Source: Rhodobiaceae bacterium
GTDB lineage: Bacteria > Pseudomonadota > Alphaproteobacteria > RS24
Length of the DNA: 64,000 nucleotides
NCBI GenBank assembly: GCA_002721725.1
Contig: PBLK01000008.1
Location: 115,356 to 179,355, forward strand
Direction of reading: 5' to 3'
The position numbers and the translations under genes are program-made. The notes below the pieces were generated by a model. The model was not told the origin of the DNA and did not search any database. It saw nothing but the letters and a program-made list of their open reading frames with translations. Below, piece by piece: positions 11,298 to 22,945 of the stretch (within the stretch, counting starts at the first letter, position 1; every line of letters starts with the position of its first letter).

Positions 11298-11470
11298 CTG
11301 TGCTGTCTTGTGCGGTCTTTCTTAAAACCGTTCCAAAAATACCTTTGACAGATACAAAGCCGCCTCGGCCATGTCAAGAGCCGCCTCCAAAAGCCCCGTT
11401 TTGATGGCCGCCGCATATGGCAAAGGGGCAAAATCCATGCTATTGAGGGGTCAATCCAAAGGGGGGCTTC

Positions 11471-11980
11471 ATGTCACGGCAAAACACCTATTCTTATGAT
11501 GAACTGATTGCTTGCGGTAATGGCGAGGTTTTCGGCGACGGCAATGCGCGCCTGCCCGCGCCGCCCATGCTCATGTTCGACCGCATCACCAAAATTTATG
11601 ATGATGGCGGGGCGTTTGACAAAGGCCATATGGAAGCCGAGCTGGATATTCATCCCGGGCTTTGGTTTTTCGATTGCCATTTCAAAACCGATCCGGTGAT
11701 GCCGGGCTGTTTGGGGCTCGATGCCATGTGGCAGCTCATCGGCTTTTATTTAGGTTGGCTCGGCCATCCGGGCCGCGGGCGCGCCTTGGGCGGATCGATT
11801 AAATTTACCGGCCAGGTCATGCCCGATGTCACATTGGTGCGTTATGAAATTGACATGAAGCGGGTGCTCGCCGGTAAGCTGGTCATGGGCATAGGGGATG
11901 CACGCCTTTATGCCGATGATAAAATGATTTATGAGGCCGAAGGCCTGCGGGTCGGTTTGTTCCGCCCCGAACAAATGTAA
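11471..11980 (+). CDS. fabA: 3-hydroxydecanoyl-ACP dehydratase/isomerase FabA
   Basis: The active-site region [24 protein letters not shown] is present. Length is 169 aa. Confidence 0.95.
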   Translation: MSRQNTYSYDELIACGNGEVFGDGNARLPAPPMLMFDRITKIYDDGGAFDKGHMEAELDIHPGLWFFDCHFKTDPVMPGCLGLDAMWQLIGFYLGWLGHPGRGRALGGSIKFTGQVMPDVTLVRYEIDMKRVLAGKLVMGIGDARLYADDKMIYEAEGLRVGLFRPEQM

Positions 11981-11994
11981 TTGGGAGAACCGCC

Positions 11995-13206
11995 ATGCGT
12001 CGCGTCGCCATCACCGGAATGGGCATTGTGTCGAGCCTCGGCAATAATGCGCAAGAAGTCTCCACCGCTTTGGCGGAGAGCAAATCGGGCATTTCCGCCA
12101 TGCCGCAATTTGCCGAAATGGGCTTTCGCAGCCAAGTGGCCGGTCAGCCAACATTAAATGTTGAAGAGGCGGTCGACAAACGCGTGCGCCGCTTTATGGG
12201 CGATGGCGCGGCGTGGAATTATGTCGCTATGGAGCAAGCCATAGCCGATGCCGGTCTGGAACAAGACACGGTGCAAAACCCGATGACCGGCTTGATTATG
12301 GGCTCGGGCGGGCCGTCAACCAAAGCGCTGATTGCAGCGGCCGATACTGCGCGCAATGCCAGCCCGAAACGGGTCGGCCCGTTTGCCGTGCCGAAAGCCA
12401 TGAGCTCGACCAATTCAGCGACTTTGGCCACGCCCTTTGGCATTAAAGGGATTAATTATTCCATCTCCTCGGCTTGCGCCACCTCATCGCATTGCATCGG
12501 CAATGCGGCGGAAATGATCCAATGGGGCAAGCAAGATGTGATGTTTGCCGGCGGCGGCGAAGAATTGGACTGGGCCTTGTCAGTCTTGTTTGACGCGATG
12601 GGCGCAATGAGCGCCAATTATAATGACACACCGGCGACGGCGAGCCGCGCCTATGACAAAAACCGCGACGGCTTTGTGATTGCCGGTGGGGCCGGCGTTT
12701 TGGTGCTGGAAGAAATGGAGCGCGCCAAGAAACGCGGCGCCAAAATTTACGCCGAAGTGACCGGCTATGGCGCGACCTCGGACGGCCATGACATGGTGCA
12801 GCCCTCGGGCGAAGGCGCGGTGCGCTGTATGCAAATGGCGATGAAAGGGCTGGACACGCCGATCGATTACATCAACCCGCATGCCACCTCAACACCGGTC
12901 GGTGACATTAAGGAAATCGAAGCCTTGCGCGAAGTGTTTGGGGCCGATTGCCCGGCTTTTTCGGCGACCAAATCCTTATCCGGCCACTCGCTTGGCGCGG
13001 CCGGTGTGCAAGAAGCGATTTACGCGCTTTTGATGATGCAGGGCGATTTCATCGCCGGTTCGGCGCATATTGAAGAGCTCGACCCCGATTTTGCCGATAT
13101 GCCGATTGTGCAAGAGACGCTCGACAATGCCGGTCTCAATACGGTGATGTCGAACTCATTCGGCTTTGGCGGCACCAATGCGACCCTCGTTATGCGCCGC
13201 GTCTAA
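11995..13206 (+). CDS. fabB: beta-ketoacyl-ACP synthase I FabB
   Basis: The active-site Cys ([14 protein letters not shown]) and the His motifs [11 protein letters not shown] and GHSLGAAG are present. It follows fabA by 14 nt. Confidence 0.95.
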   Translation: MRRVAITGMGIVSSLGNNAQEVSTALAESKSGISAMPQFAEMGFRSQVAGQPTLNVEEAVDKRVRRFMGDGAAWNYVAMEQAIADAGLEQDTVQNPMTGLIMGSGGPSTKALIAAADTARNASPKRVGPFAVPKAMSSTNSATLATPFGIKGINYSISSACATSSHCIGNAAEMIQWGKQDVMFAGGGEELDWALSVLFDAMGAMSANYNDTPATASRAYDKNRDGFVIAGGAGVLVLEEMERAKKRGAKIYAEVTGYGATSDGHDMVQPSGEGAVRCMQMAMKGLDTPIDYINPHATSTPVGDIKEIEALREVFGADCPAFSATKSLSGHSLGAAGVQEAIYALLMMQGDFIAGSAHIEELDPDFADMPIVQETLDNAGLNTVMSNSFGFGGTNATLVMRRV

Positions 13207-13230
13207 GGCGACTTGAAAAGCACAAACAAA

Positions 13231-13255
13231 AAGGGCGGGATTAAATCCCGCCCTT
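13231..13255. terminator. bidirectional rho-independent terminator between convergent fabB and pnp
   Basis: A perfect 10-bp stem AAGGGCGGGA / TCCCGCCCTT has a 5-nt loop (TTAAA). On the minus strand it is followed by UUUGUUUGUG. Confidence 0.75.
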
Positions 13256-13279
13256 CTGATTTCTGAGGCAGCAGAGGTT

Positions 13280-15406
13280 TTACTCTTCTACCGCCGCTTT
13301 ACCTTCAAGGTCTTCACCGGTCTCTTGGTCAACCACTTTCATCGACAGGCGCACTTTGCCGCGATCGTCAAAGCCGACCAGCTTGACCTTAACCGTATCG
13401 CCTTCTTTGACGATATCGGTGGTGTTTTCCACACGACGGTCGGCCAGTTGCGAAATATGGACCAGCCCGTCGCGTTTGCCGAAGAAATTGACAAAAGCGC
13501 CAAAATCCATCGTCTTGACGACCGTGCCGTCATAAATCACCCCGACTTCAGGCTCAGCCACAATTGAGTTGATTTGGTCGAGCGCCGATTTGATTGCCGC
13601 CGCATCAGATGAGGCGACTTTGATGAGGCCGTCATCGCCAATATCAATTTTGGCACCTGAGGTTTCGACAATCTCACGCACGACCTTGCCGCCCGTGCCG
13701 ATAACTTCGCGGATTTTATCCTGCGGCACTTGGATGGTCTCAATCTTGGGCGCATATTCACCCATTTCATCGCGCGCCGAGGTCAGCGCTTTGCCCATTT
13801 CCCCGAGAATATGGGTGCGCCCGCCTTTGGCTTGATCGAGCGCCACTTGCATAATCTCTTCGGTAATACCGGTGATTTTGATGTCCATTTGCAGCGAGGT
13901 GACACCATCTTGCGTGCCCGCCACTTTAAAGTCCATATCACCCAAATGGTCTTCATCGCCCAAAATATCGGACAGAACAGCAAAGCGGTCGCCCTCCTTA
14001 ATCAGGCCCATCGCAATACCGGCGACCGGTTTTTTGAGCGGCACACCGGCATCCATCATGGCCAGAGACGAGCCGCATACGGTCGCCATGGAGGACGAGC
14101 CGTTACTTTCGGTAATCTCAGACACCAGACGCAATGTGTACGGAAACTCATCTTTTGTCGGCAGCATGGCTTTCAGCGCCCGCCAAGCGAGCTTGCCGTG
14201 ACCGATTTCGCGGCGGCCGGTAAAGCCGACACGGCCGGTTTCACCTACTGAGTAAGGCGGGAAATTATAATGCAGCATAAAGTTTTCGCGATATGTGCCT
14301 TCCAGCGCATCGACAAATTGTTCATCATCGCCCGTGCCCAAAGTGGCCACCACCAAAGCTTGCGTTTCACCGCGGGTGAACAGGCTGGAGCCATGCGTGC
14401 GCGGCAATACGCCGACTTCCGAAACAATCGGGCGCACATCGGCCAGACCGCGTCCGTCAATGCGTTTTTCGGTATCGAGAATACCGCCGCGCACAATATC
14501 GCTTTCAAGGCCCTTAAACGCGCCCGACACGGCAATGCGCTCATCAGGGCCGGCATCTTCGGCGACCAATTCAGCGTTTACGGCATCGCGCAGTTCCGCG
14601 ACTTTTTCCTGACGCGCTTGTTTGTCCGCTTCTTGATAAGCGGCTTTCAGCCCGTCTTCGGCAATGCCAGCAACTTTTGCTTTCAGCTCGCTATCATCAT
14701 TTTCCGGCACGTCGCGCGGCTCTTTGGCGGCTTTTTCGGCCATGCGAATACACGCATCAATCACCGGCTGGAACTCTTTATGACCGAACATGACCGCGCC
14801 CAGCATCACATCTTCCGACAATTCATCGGCTTCCGACTCAACCATCAGCACAGCGTCTTGCGTGCCGGCGACAACCAAATCAAGCGATGTTTCTTCCATT
14901 TGCTCAATGGTCGGATTGAGCACATATTCGCCATTGATAAAGCCGATCCGCGCGCCGCCAATCGGGCCTTGGAACGGCACACCGGAAATCGTCAAAGCGG
15001 CCGAGACGGCAACCAAAGCGACAATATCGGCGTCATTTTCAAGGTCATGGCTGACCACAGTGGCAATCACTTGCGTTTCGTTTTTAAAGCCTTTGACAAA
15101 AAGCGGGCGTATGGGGCGGTCAATCAGGCGTGAGACCAAAGTTTCTTTTTCGCTCGGGCGTCCTTCGCGCTTAAAATAGCCGCCCGGCACTTTACCGGCA
15201 GCATAGGCTTTTTCTTGGTAATTCACGGTCAGCGGGAAAAAATCCAGTCCCGGTTTCGGGCTTCTATCAGCAACCACGGTTGCCAAAACGCTGGTTTCTC
15301 CATAAGTGGCCAGCACCGCACCATCGGCTTGACGCGCAATGCGTCCGGTTTCCAATGTCAGCGTGCGACCGCCCCATTCAAATTCTTCACGGGTAATTTC
15401 AAACAT
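13280..15406 (-). CDS. pnp: polyribonucleotide nucleotidyltransferase (PNPase)
   Basis: There are two RNase PH domains ([13 protein letters not shown]) plus C-terminal KH and S1 domains. Start set to the ATG at 15406 ([21 protein letters not shown]), which has GAAGGA 8 nt upstream. The track start at 15415 has no spacing from that Shine-Dalgarno sequence. Confidence 0.96.
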   Translation of the reverse strand: MFEITREEFEWGGRTLTLETGRIARQADGAVLATYGETSVLATVVADRSPKPGLDFFPLTVNYQEKAYAAGKVPGGYFKREGRPSEKETLVSRLIDRPIRPLFVKGFKNETQVIATVVSHDLENDADIVALVAVSAALTISGVPFQGPIGGARIGFINGEYVLNPTIEQMEETSLDLVVAGTQDAVLMVESEADELSEDVMLGAVMFGHKEFQPVIDACIRMAEKAAKEPRDVPENDDSELKAKVAGIAEDGLKAAYQEADKQARQEKVAELRDAVNAELVAEDAGPDERIAVSGAFKGLESDIVRGGILDTEKRIDGRGLADVRPIVSEVGVLPRTHGSSLFTRGETQALVVATLGTGDDEQFVDALEGTYRENFMLHYNFPPYSVGETGRVGFTGRREIGHGKLAWRALKAMLPTKDEFPYTLRLVSEITESNGSSSMATVCGSSLAMMDAGVPLKKPVAGIAMGLIKEGDRFAVLSDILGDEDHLGDMDFKVAGTQDGVTSLQMDIKITGITEEIMQVALDQAKGGRTHILGEMGKALTSARDEMGEYAPKIETIQVPQDKIREVIGTGGKVVREIVETSGAKIDIGDDGLIKVASSDAAAIKSALDQINSIVAEPEVGVIYDGTVVKTMDFGAFVNFFGKRDGLVHISQLADRRVENTTDIVKEGDTVKVKLVGFDDRGKVRLSMKVVDQETGEDLEGKAAVEE

Positions 15407-15463
15407 ATAAGTCATCCTTCAATGGCAACCCGACCCTCACATCTACATATGTCGGCATTGCCC

Positions 15464-15499
15464 GCCGCTTTGCGGCTTCATATAGAGCCGCTTTGCGGC
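15464..15499 (-). repeat. two copies of a 13-nt palindromic hairpin unit GCCGCTTTGCGGC in the pnp 5' leader
   Basis: Identical 13-mers lie at 15464-15476 and 15487-15499. Each can fold as a 5-bp stem with a 3-nt loop, or the two can pair with each other. Confidence 0.7.
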
Positions 15500-15597
15500 A
15501 TATCTTAGAGAACGCGTAAAGGGCCGGTTCTCATCCATTTGTTTTTCGACCCCATGTCGAAAAACCGCCTGGCCCAGGGCAACATCAAAAATGTTAC

Positions 15598-15627
15598 GAA
15601 AAGCCGACCCCTAAGAGTCGGCTTTTC
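15598..15627 (-). terminator. rpsO terminator/attenuator hairpin at the start of the rpsO-pnp intergenic leader
   Basis: An 11-bp stem GAAAAGCCGAC / GTCGGCTTTTC with an 8-nt loop begins 2 nt after the rpsO stop. On the minus strand it is followed by GUAACAUUUUUG. Confidence 0.6.
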
Positions 15628-15628
15628 A

Positions 15629-15898
15629 TTATCGGCGCAGACCCAAACGCTTAATCAAATCTTGATAGCGCGCACCATCGCGGTCTTTGACATAGTCAAG
15701 CAAACGACGACGCTGGCTGACCAGTTTCAAAAGCCCTCGCCGCGAATGATTGTCTTTGGCATGGGTTTTGAAATGTTCAGTCAGATTGGTGATACGTTCC
15801 GACAAAATCGCCACTTGCACTTCCGGTGAACCTGTGTCGCCGTCGCCTGTGGCATATTCCTTAATCAGCGCAGCTTTGCGCTCGGCTGTTATCGACAT
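15629..15898 (-). CDS. rpsO: 30S ribosomal protein S15
   Basis: Length is 89 aa. The motif [29 protein letters not shown] is present. Confidence 0.97.
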   Translation of the reverse strand: MSITAERKAALIKEYATGDGDTGSPEVQVAILSERITNLTEHFKTHAKDNHSRRGLLKLVSQRRRLLDYVKDRDGARYQDLIKRLGLRR

Positions 15899-15929
15899 CG
15901 CAATCCTCCTTCGGCCCTACGGGTCCGGT

Positions 15930-16874
15930 TTAGAGATTGAACACCCGCCGCGGCTTTAACAGCGCGCCCTCTTCATCCCATTGCGCAATGGCCAAAGCCT
16001 TGTCGTTATGGGTCAACAGCACCGCCCCGCTTTCTTGGTTTGCCAAAATAGGCGGGTGCGACGGTGATATGGCTTGCCCCTGCCTTATGCAGGATGCCGC
16101 ATCATCGCTCAAAGCCAAAGCCGAGATGTCGTCCAGCGCGGTTTCGAGCGGCAATAGGCAGGCATCCAGAGCCGCCAAATCGCGCGCACTATGGCCTAAA
16201 GCGGTGAGCTTTTCCAGCCCTAATGCGGTTTTTTCGTCAAACCCGCCGACGCGGGTGCGCCTGAGCGCGCTGACATGGGCAAAAGTGCCCAAAAACCGGC
16301 CCAAATCGCGTGCCAAAGAGCGAATATAAACGCCTTTGCCGCACTCGACTTTGAGCCGCATATGCGCCTCATCAAGCACATCGAGCAAGGTGATGGTGTC
16401 AATTTGCACTTGGCGCGGTGGCAAATCGATTTTTTCCCCGGCCCGCGCTAGCTTATAAGCGCGCTGGCCGTCTTTGCGAATGGCGGAAAATTGCGGCGGC
16501 ACTTGTTCAATCAGGCCAGTAAAATGCGCCAATGCCGCGTCAACCGCAGCCGCATCGGGGCGCATGTCACTGGCTTCCACAATCTCGCCTTCCGCATCAT
16601 CGGTCGTGGTCTGGCTGCCAAAAGCCACCACCACCTCATAGCTTTTGCCGGCATCTTGCATGAAGGAAACGGTTTTGGTCGCCTCGCCCAGAGCAATCGG
16701 CAATATGCCGCTGGCCAAAGGGTCGAGCGTGCCGGCGTGACCGGCTTTTTGCGCGTCAAACAGGCGGCGGATTTTACCGACGGCTTGCGTCGAGCCCATA
16801 TTCAGAGGCTTGTCGAAATTGACCCAGCCCGACAGGGCGCGGCCTTTTTTGTGCCGCTGTCTCGCCTCGACCAT
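15930..16874 (-). CDS. truB: tRNA pseudouridine(55) synthase TruB
   Basis: The catalytic motif GHAGTLDPLASGILPI is present. It sits in the conserved position between rbfA and rpsO. Confidence 0.95.
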   Translation of the reverse strand: MVEARQRHKKGRALSGWVNFDKPLNMGSTQAVGKIRRLFDAQKAGHAGTLDPLASGILPIALGEATKTVSFMQDAGKSYEVVVAFGSQTTTDDAEGEIVEASDMRPDAAAVDAALAHFTGLIEQVPPQFSAIRKDGQRAYKLARAGEKIDLPPRQVQIDTITLLDVLDEAHMRLKVECGKGVYIRSLARDLGRFLGTFAHVSALRRTRVGGFDEKTALGLEKLTALGHSARDLAALDACLLPLETALDDISALALSDDAASCIRQGQAISPSHPPILANQESGAVLLTHNDKALAIAQWDEEGALLKPRRVFNL

Positions 16875-17275
16875 CAGCCATCCTCATCGACAGGCAAATC
16901 GCGCGTTACATCATCCGAGGCCAAAAGCGCGTCCATTTGCGCGGCGCGGTCAAAACTGTCATCGACGCGAAATTTGAAATCGGGGACATATTTCAAATAC
17001 AAGCCGCTCAAAACCGGTTTTTTCAAGCGTGGTACTTCCGCATTGAGCAGGGCCACAATGGCATCGGCATTGTCGCCGCCAAGCGGCATGATAAAGGCGG
17101 TGGCTTTGCGTAAATCGGGGCTCACTTGCACCTGCGTTACCGTCAAGGCGGCGCGCTTTAAAATTTTTGGCTCAAAATCAAAGCGGTGCAGCACATCGCT
17201 CAAGCGCTGGCGCAAAACCTCGCCAACGCGCAATTGCCGCTGGCTGATTTGTCTACCGTCTCTCGGTTTGCTCAT
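16874..17275 (-). CDS. rbfA: 30S ribosome-binding factor RbfA
   Basis: Length is 133 aa. The pattern RQLRVGEVLRQRLSDVL...VTQVQVSPDLRKATAFI is typical of RbfA. It lies downstream of infB. Confidence 0.9.
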   Translation of the reverse strand: MSKPRDGRQISQRQLRVGEVLRQRLSDVLHRFDFEPKILKRAALTVTQVQVSPDLRKATAFIMPLGGDNADAIVALLNAEVPRLKKPVLSGLYLKYVPDFKFRVDDSFDRAAQMDALLASDDVTRDLPVDEDG

Positions 17276-17316
17276 CGGGCTTACTCACGGTTTGAAAGCC
17301 TGCGCGCTTTATGGCT

Positions 17317-19797
17317 TTAATCATCAAATGTGCGGGCGACTTCTTCGACTTCATAACATTCAATAATGTCATCGGCTTTCAAATCGCCGAAATTTTCAAA
17401 CGCCATGCCGCATTCCTGCCCCGACGGCACTTCTTTCACTTCGTCTTTGAAGCGGCGCAAAGAAGACAACTCACCTTCATGAATGACAATATCGTCTCGA
17501 ATGAGACGCACTTTGGCGCCGCGGCGCACCATGCCCTCTTCAATCAAGCAACCGGCCGCCTTGTCGCCCTTTCCGACAGCAAATACTTCCAGAACTTTGG
17601 CCTTGCCAAGCGCGGTTTCGCGCAAATCGGGCGACAACATACCGGCCATAGCGGCTTTCAAATCATCGACCAAATCATAAATCACATTGTAATAGCGAAT
17701 TTCAATACCCGCGGCTTCAGCCGCTTGACGGGCTTGCCCATTGGCGCGCACATTAAAGCCCATCACCACGGCATCGGAGGCACCGGCCAACGTGACATCA
17801 CTTTCGGTAATGCCGCCCACGCCGGTATGAACGACGCGCGCTGATACTTCATCGTTGCCCAATTTTTCTGCCGCTTGGGCAATCGCCTCGACCGAGCCTT
17901 GAACATCGCCCTTGACGACCAGCGCCAGTTCGGCTTTTTCGGCCGATTGCAATTGGCTCATCATTTGGTCGAGTGAGGCGGCGCGCGGACCGGCCGTGGT
18001 TGCCTGTTCACGCGCTTTACGGGCGCGATAATCGGCCACTTCGCGGGCGCTAGCTTCATTTTCAACAACCGTCAGCAATTCACCGGCGCCCGGCGCGCCA
18101 CCGGCGCCCAAAACCTCAACCGGCATGGCCGGTCCAGCTGATTTCACCTGCTCGCCCAAATCATTGACGAGCGCACGCACGCGCCCCGATTCTTGACCGA
18201 CAACGAAAACATCACCGACATTGAGCGTGCCGCGCTGCACCAATACGGTCGCCACGGCACCGCGTCCTTTATCGAGCTTGGCTTCAATGACAACGCCCTC
18301 GGCATCGCGGTCAGCATTAGCTTTCAGTTCCATCAATTCGGCCTGCAAAGCGACGGCTTCTAGCAAATCACCAAGGCCGTCACCGGTTTGCGCCGAAACT
18401 TCAATCATTTGCGTATCGCCGCCCATATCTTCGGAGATAATCTCATGGGTCAGCAGGTCATTTTTGACCCGCGTTGCATCGGCTTCCGGTTTATCCATTT
18501 TATTAATGGCGACAATCATCGGCGCCTGTGCCGCTTTGGCATGATTAATTGCTTCAACAGTTTGCGGCATCACACCGTCATCACCAGCCACCACCAGAAT
18601 GACAATATCGGTGACTTTTGCACCGCGCGCGCGCATGGCGGTAAATGCGGCATGTCCCGGCGTATCAATAAAGGTGATGGTATCGCCACTCGCGGTTTCG
18701 GTTTGATAGGCACCGATATGCTGGGTAATGCCCCCGGCTTCGCCATCAGCCACTTTGGCTTTTCTGAGCGCATCCAAAAGCGACGTTTTGCCGTGGTCAA
18801 CATGGCCCATCACCGTCACCACCGGCGGACGGGCGGTTTTATCACCCTCCTCATCATCAGCGGTAACAATTGCATCTTCAACATCGCTGTCTGAGACGCG
18901 GCGCACCTTATGGCCCAAATCCTCAGCCACAATTTGCGCTGTGTCGGCGTCAATCACATCATTAATCTGCGCCATCACGCCCTGACCCATCAATACTTTA
19001 ATGACATCAACGGCGCGCTCAGCCATGCGATTGGCCAACTCTTGAATAGTAATCGTGTCGGGCAATTGAACGGTGCGCGATACTTTCTCACCGCTATCGG
19101 CACTGCTCGCTTGACGCTTTTCGCGTTCGCGGCGGCGGCGCATGGAAGCTAATGAGCGCACGCGCTCTTCGTCATTCAGCGCATCATTAATGGTCAGTTT
19201 GCCGGCGCGGCGACGGCGTTCGCCACCGCGCTTTTCAGCCGTCGGGCGTTTTTTCTCTTCTTGGCGGCGTTTGTCATCTTCAGGAGCGCGGCGCGCCGCC
19301 TGTTTTGACGACCGGTCAGCAGGCGGGGCTGTGTCTCCTATCGGTTCGGCCTTGGCCTTTCGAGTTTTTGCTTGAGCGCGGCGCGCATCTTCTGCTTCGC
19401 GTAGGGCTTTTTCTTCAGCTCGGCGCGCTTCTTCCTCTGCGCGACGCCTAGCGTCGATTTCTGACTGTTTGGCTTCTTCAACGGCGCGTGTTTTGGCCTC
19501 GGCAACCGCTGCCAAACGCTTTTCTTGCTCGGCCTTTGACAAACCATCGGGCATTTGCGGCGGCGATTCAGGATTATCTAGGGCCACCGCCGGGGTTTCA
19601 ACAGCGCCCACGTCAGCACTTTCCTGCCCTGGCCTGACGATACGTTTACGGCGTTTTTCAACTAGAACGGATTTTGATCGGCCATGCGAAAAGCTTTGGC
19701 GCACTTGCCCACTTTCGACAGTACGCTTTAAAGACAGAGTTTTTGCCTTGCTGCCATCTTCTTTTTGGTCTTCATCGCCGGTTTCTGCGTCGCTCAT
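17317..19797 (-). CDS. infB: translation initiation factor IF-2
   Basis: G-domain motifs [20 protein letters not shown] and NKMDK are present, with a charged Arg/Glu/Ala/Lys-rich N-terminal region. Length is 826 aa. Confidence 0.97.
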   Translation of the reverse strand: MSDAETGDEDQKEDGSKAKTLSLKRTVESGQVRQSFSHGRSKSVLVEKRRKRIVRPGQESADVGAVETPAVALDNPESPPQMPDGLSKAEQEKRLAAVAEAKTRAVEEAKQSEIDARRRAEEEARRAEEKALREAEDARRAQAKTRKAKAEPIGDTAPPADRSSKQAARRAPEDDKRRQEEKKRPTAEKRGGERRRRAGKLTINDALNDEERVRSLASMRRRREREKRQASSADSGEKVSRTVQLPDTITIQELANRMAERAVDVIKVLMGQGVMAQINDVIDADTAQIVAEDLGHKVRRVSDSDVEDAIVTADDEEGDKTARPPVVTVMGHVDHGKTSLLDALRKAKVADGEAGGITQHIGAYQTETASGDTITFIDTPGHAAFTAMRARGAKVTDIVILVVAGDDGVMPQTVEAINHAKAAQAPMIVAINKMDKPEADATRVKNDLLTHEIISEDMGGDTQMIEVSAQTGDGLGDLLEAVALQAELMELKANADRDAEGVVIEAKLDKGRGAVATVLVQRGTLNVGDVFVVGQESGRVRALVNDLGEQVKSAGPAMPVEVLGAGGAPGAGELLTVVENEASAREVADYRARKAREQATTAGPRAASLDQMMSQLQSAEKAELALVVKGDVQGSVEAIAQAAEKLGNDEVSARVVHTGVGGITESDVTLAGASDAVVMGFNVRANGQARQAAEAAGIEIRYYNVIYDLVDDLKAAMAGMLSPDLRETALGKAKVLEVFAVGKGDKAAGCLIEEGMVRRGAKVRLIRDDIVIHEGELSSLRRFKDEVKEVPSGQECGMAFENFGDLKADDIIECYEVEEVARTFDD

Positions 19798-20411
19798 TCA
19801 CTCATTCTCCCATCAATGTCGCCCTTATAAGCGGCAAGCCGCCTGGCTTCTCGGTCAATACGCGCAGCCCAGCCAACATCGGTAAGTCCTGCATGTATCA
19901 CATTTTCCTGACCTAAGGCCATGCTCAATTCATCACCGCTCAATTGGCCGCACAGCGCAATATTCATAACCCGCGCCTTTTGCGCTAATTTACGTTTGCC
20001 GCCCTCAGCCCCATCATGCGCGGCGAATAAAAGTGTTATCGACCCAGCTTTCAGCGCCGCTTCGGTTTTCGCAAATCCACTGACTAAGACGCCGGCTTTG
20101 CGAGCCATAGATATCAACGCGGCGAGGTTTTGCCGCATCAGGTTTTCCACGCGTATGGCCAAATCACGCGGTGCATTCACCTCCGGCAAGGCCGCCAATT
20201 GAAGCACAAGCGCCTGGCTATTGACCAGCCAAACATCGTCTTGGCTGGGCAAACGCTGCGCCAAGTCAGGCGTTAAAACACCAACCGTGCCGTCTGCCGC
20301 ATTGGGCGCATGAACAAAGCGCAACATATTGCCGGCCGCATCTTCTTTGCCGCTAATATGACATCGCCTGAGAGCTTCTGGCTGTCGCGCTTTGGAATGT
20401 GCCACCATCAC
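19794..20411 (-). CDS. YlxR/DUF448-like RNA-binding protein fused to an L7Ae-like C-terminal domain
   Basis: It sits between nusA and infB, and its stop overlaps the infB start by 4 nt. The N-terminal pattern RRCHISGKE...MLRFV is YlxR-like. The C-terminal half ([30 protein letters not shown]) resembles the L7Ae-like domain seen in alphaproteobacterial homologues. Confidence 0.7.
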   Translation of the reverse strand: MMVAHSKARQPEALRRCHISGKEDAAGNMLRFVHAPNAADGTVGVLTPDLAQRLPSQDDVWLVNSQALVLQLAALPEVNAPRDLAIRVENLMRQNLAALISMARKAGVLVSGFAKTEAALKAGSITLLFAAHDGAEGGKRKLAQKARVMNIALCGQLSGDELSMALGQENVIHAGLTDVGWAARIDREARRLAAYKGDIDGRMSE

Positions 20412-20429
20412 GGGTTCGTTCTTTCACCA

Positions 20430-22136
20430 TTATTCTACGACTGGGTTAGCCGACGCATCACTTTGAGCCAGATTTTCGGCCATCTCGGGCGCCGCGTCAC
20501 CTTCACCAGCCTCTCCCACTGCCGCTGCCGCCGCTTCTTTGGCAGCGCGCGCCGCTTCTTCGGCGCGCTGCTGGTCCAGTTCTTCTTGGGTAATCCATCT
20601 CGCCTCAACACGCGCCGCCATAATCATGTTCTCGGCCTCTTCCGCATTAATATCGAAACCGTCCAAAATGCCTTCTTGGCGCACCCGGCGGCGCTCCACC
20701 GTCTCAAACCAACCGGTCAAATCATCGGTAACGCAACCGGCGAAATCTTCCAGCGATTTAATGTCATTTTCGCCAAGACGCACCAACATAGCCGGGGTCA
20801 GGCCTTCCACCGCCGCCAAATCATCGCCGACGCCCATTTCCTTGCGCTGCGCATCGAGCTTTTCATTTTCGCGGTCCAAATGGTCGCGGGCACGATTTTG
20901 GATTTCTTGAGCGGTTTCCTCGTCAAAGCCCTCAATAGAGGTAATTTCTTCGACCGGCACATAAGCCACTTCTTCAACCGTGGCAAAGCCTTCCGAGGCC
21001 AGAAGCTGAGCAATCATTTCATCAACATCCAGCGCCTCCATGAACAAAGCTGTGCGATCAACAAATTCAGTCTGTCGGCGTTCGCTTTCCTGCGCTTCAG
21101 TCATAATATCGATGTCCCAGCCGGTCAGTTGCGAAGCGAGCCGCACATTTTGCCCGCGGCGACCAATAGCCAAGCTCAATTGCTCATCGGGGACCACCAC
21201 TTCAATGCGCTGCACATCTTCGTCCAAAACCACTTTGGTCACCTCCGCCGGGGCCAACGCATTGACTATGAAAGCCGCTGGGTCGGGCGACCATGGAATA
21301 ATATCGACTTTTTCGCCTTGCAATTCATTAACCACGGCTTGCACGCGGCTGCCGCGCATGCCCACACAAGCGCCGACCGGATCAATGCCCGGGTCGTTAG
21401 AAATCACACCAATTTTAGCGCGGCTTCCAGGGTCACGAGCTACGGCACGCACTTCTATCACGCCATCATAAATTTCCGGCACTTCCTGCATAAACAGTTT
21501 CAACATAAAGGATGGGTCAGTTCGCGATAAAATCACTTGCGGGCCGCGCTGCTCGCGCCTCACATTTTGTATATATGCACGAATACGATCGCCGGGCCGA
21601 AACACTTCTCGCGGAATGAGATTGTCGCGCCGTACCACCGCCTCGCTGCGTCCCAAATCAAGCACAGCATTGCCATATTCAACGCGTTTCACAACGCCAT
21701 TGATGATCTCGCCAACGCGGTCTTTGAATTCTTCGTATTGACGTTCACGTTCGGCCTCTCGCACGCGTTGCACAATCACCTGCTTCGCCGCTTGAGTGGC
21801 AATACGGCCAAACTCGACCGGCGGCAATTCATCAATTACCTCATCGCCCAGCGTAGCATCCGGATTATCGCGCTGCGCAATGGCCAACGAGATTTCCGTA
21901 TCATCATTTTCGACCAATTCGACCACCGTCACTACGCGCAGCAATTTGGTCTCGCCTGTTTTCGGGTCGATATCGACGCGAATATCGTTTTCTTGCCCGT
22001 AGCGCGCTTTCGCAGCTTTTTGGATAGCATCGGCCATAGCCGATAAAACAATATCCATTTCAATGCCTTTTTCGCGTGCCACAGCATCAGCGATTTGCAG
22101 CAATTCCAGCTTATTTGCACTAATTCCACTGGCCAT
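20430..22136 (-). CDS. nusA: transcription termination/antitermination factor NusA
   Basis: Length is 568 aa. The N-terminal domain is followed by an S1 domain, two KH domains and a C-terminal acidic repeat region. It lies in the rimP-nusA-infB operon context. Confidence 0.96.
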   Translation of the reverse strand: MASGISANKLELLQIADAVAREKGIEMDIVLSAMADAIQKAAKARYGQENDIRVDIDPKTGETKLLRVVTVVELVENDDTEISLAIAQRDNPDATLGDEVIDELPPVEFGRIATQAAKQVIVQRVREAERERQYEEFKDRVGEIINGVVKRVEYGNAVLDLGRSEAVVRRDNLIPREVFRPGDRIRAYIQNVRREQRGPQVILSRTDPSFMLKLFMQEVPEIYDGVIEVRAVARDPGSRAKIGVISNDPGIDPVGACVGMRGSRVQAVVNELQGEKVDIIPWSPDPAAFIVNALAPAEVTKVVLDEDVQRIEVVVPDEQLSLAIGRRGQNVRLASQLTGWDIDIMTEAQESERRQTEFVDRTALFMEALDVDEMIAQLLASEGFATVEEVAYVPVEEITSIEGFDEETAQEIQNRARDHLDRENEKLDAQRKEMGVGDDLAAVEGLTPAMLVRLGENDIKSLEDFAGCVTDDLTGWFETVERRRVRQEGILDGFDINAEEAENMIMAARVEARWITQEELDQQRAEEAARAAKEAAAAAVGEAGEGDAAPEMAENLAQSDASANPVVE

Positions 22137-22185
22137 TTTCGTCTCCTAAAATTGGCAGGGGCCTATTTGCCCCATCAGTTAAACC

Positions 22186-22806
22186 CTATTTTCCTTTGGC
22201 CGCTTTTAAGCTGGCCTTTAATTCCGCCTCGTCTGGCACCAAGCGTGCCTCGGCAATATCAGCCATGGCAAAGCCCAGAATTTGTGGCTCCTCATAGCCG
22301 TCCAACACCACGCGCAGACGCGCTTCGCCATCGACAAAACCGTCAAGCGTGCCGCGAAACCGGCGCTGGCCATCGACCGCTATTTTCAAGCCCAGTTTGG
22401 TCTCATAACCGGCCCAGCGCTCAAAATCTACGGGCCGCGTCAAGGGCCGCGCCATGCCAGGGGAAGATACTTCCAGCGCATAAGCACCGGAAATCGGGTT
22501 TTCGACATCCAACACATCGGATACGGCATGGCTGATGGCTTCGCATTCATCAATGGTCAGACCGAATTCATCATTTTCAGCCATGATTTGCAGCGCCATT
22601 TTGCCGTCGTCGCCGGTCATGCGAATGCGCAAAAGCCGAAAGCCCAGCCCCTCAACCAGCGGCTGCACCAAATCGAGCAAGGGCCGCGCCGGGCCGGGCG
22701 CGATAAGATGCGCGCCGGCTTGCGCATCGGGCGCATATGCTGTCTCTTCAGCGTCCTGATTGCCGAGCTTGTTTGCTTCCTCATGCATGAGCAATACCGC
22801 TATCAT
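22186..22806 (-). CDS. rimP: ribosome maturation factor RimP
   Basis: It lies immediately upstream of nusA. The core LLDLVQPLVEGLGFRLLRIRM...AYALEVSSPGMARPL is typical of RimP. GAAAGGA precedes the ATG at 22806. Confidence 0.88.
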   Translation of the reverse strand: MIAVLLMHEEANKLGNQDAEETAYAPDAQAGAHLIAPGPARPLLDLVQPLVEGLGFRLLRIRMTGDDGKMALQIMAENDEFGLTIDECEAISHAVSDVLDVENPISGAYALEVSSPGMARPLTRPVDFERWAGYETKLGLKIAVDGQRRFRGTLDGFVDGEARLRVVLDGYEEPQILGFAMADIAEARLVPDEAELKASLKAAKGK

Positions 22807-22847
22807 GTCCTTTCACGCAGCTTCCTGGTGCCTTGCCAATCGGCAAG

Positions 22848-22885
22848 AAAAAAAGCGGGGGCCGGGAGGCCATCCCACTTTTTTT
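22848..22885 (-). terminator. rho-independent terminator downstream of trmB (bidirectional design, A7...T7)
   Basis: A GC-rich hairpin (GGGGCC-GGGA-GGCC..CCC, 22857-22876) is flanked by A7 (22848-22854) and T7 (22879-22885). Confidence 0.55.
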
Positions 22886-22945
22886 AAAAGCAGCTTTGAA
22901 TTAGGGGCACTATAGCGATTTAAGGCGGCGGTGCAAGCCTTTCTA

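Noticed and set aside
20310-21530. 406-aa ORF on the plus strand
   Set aside because: It is entirely antisense to nusA. Its composition is low-complexity and rich in Arg, His, Phe and Asn, typical of a shadow ORF in GC-rich DNA. It has no motif and no RBS context.
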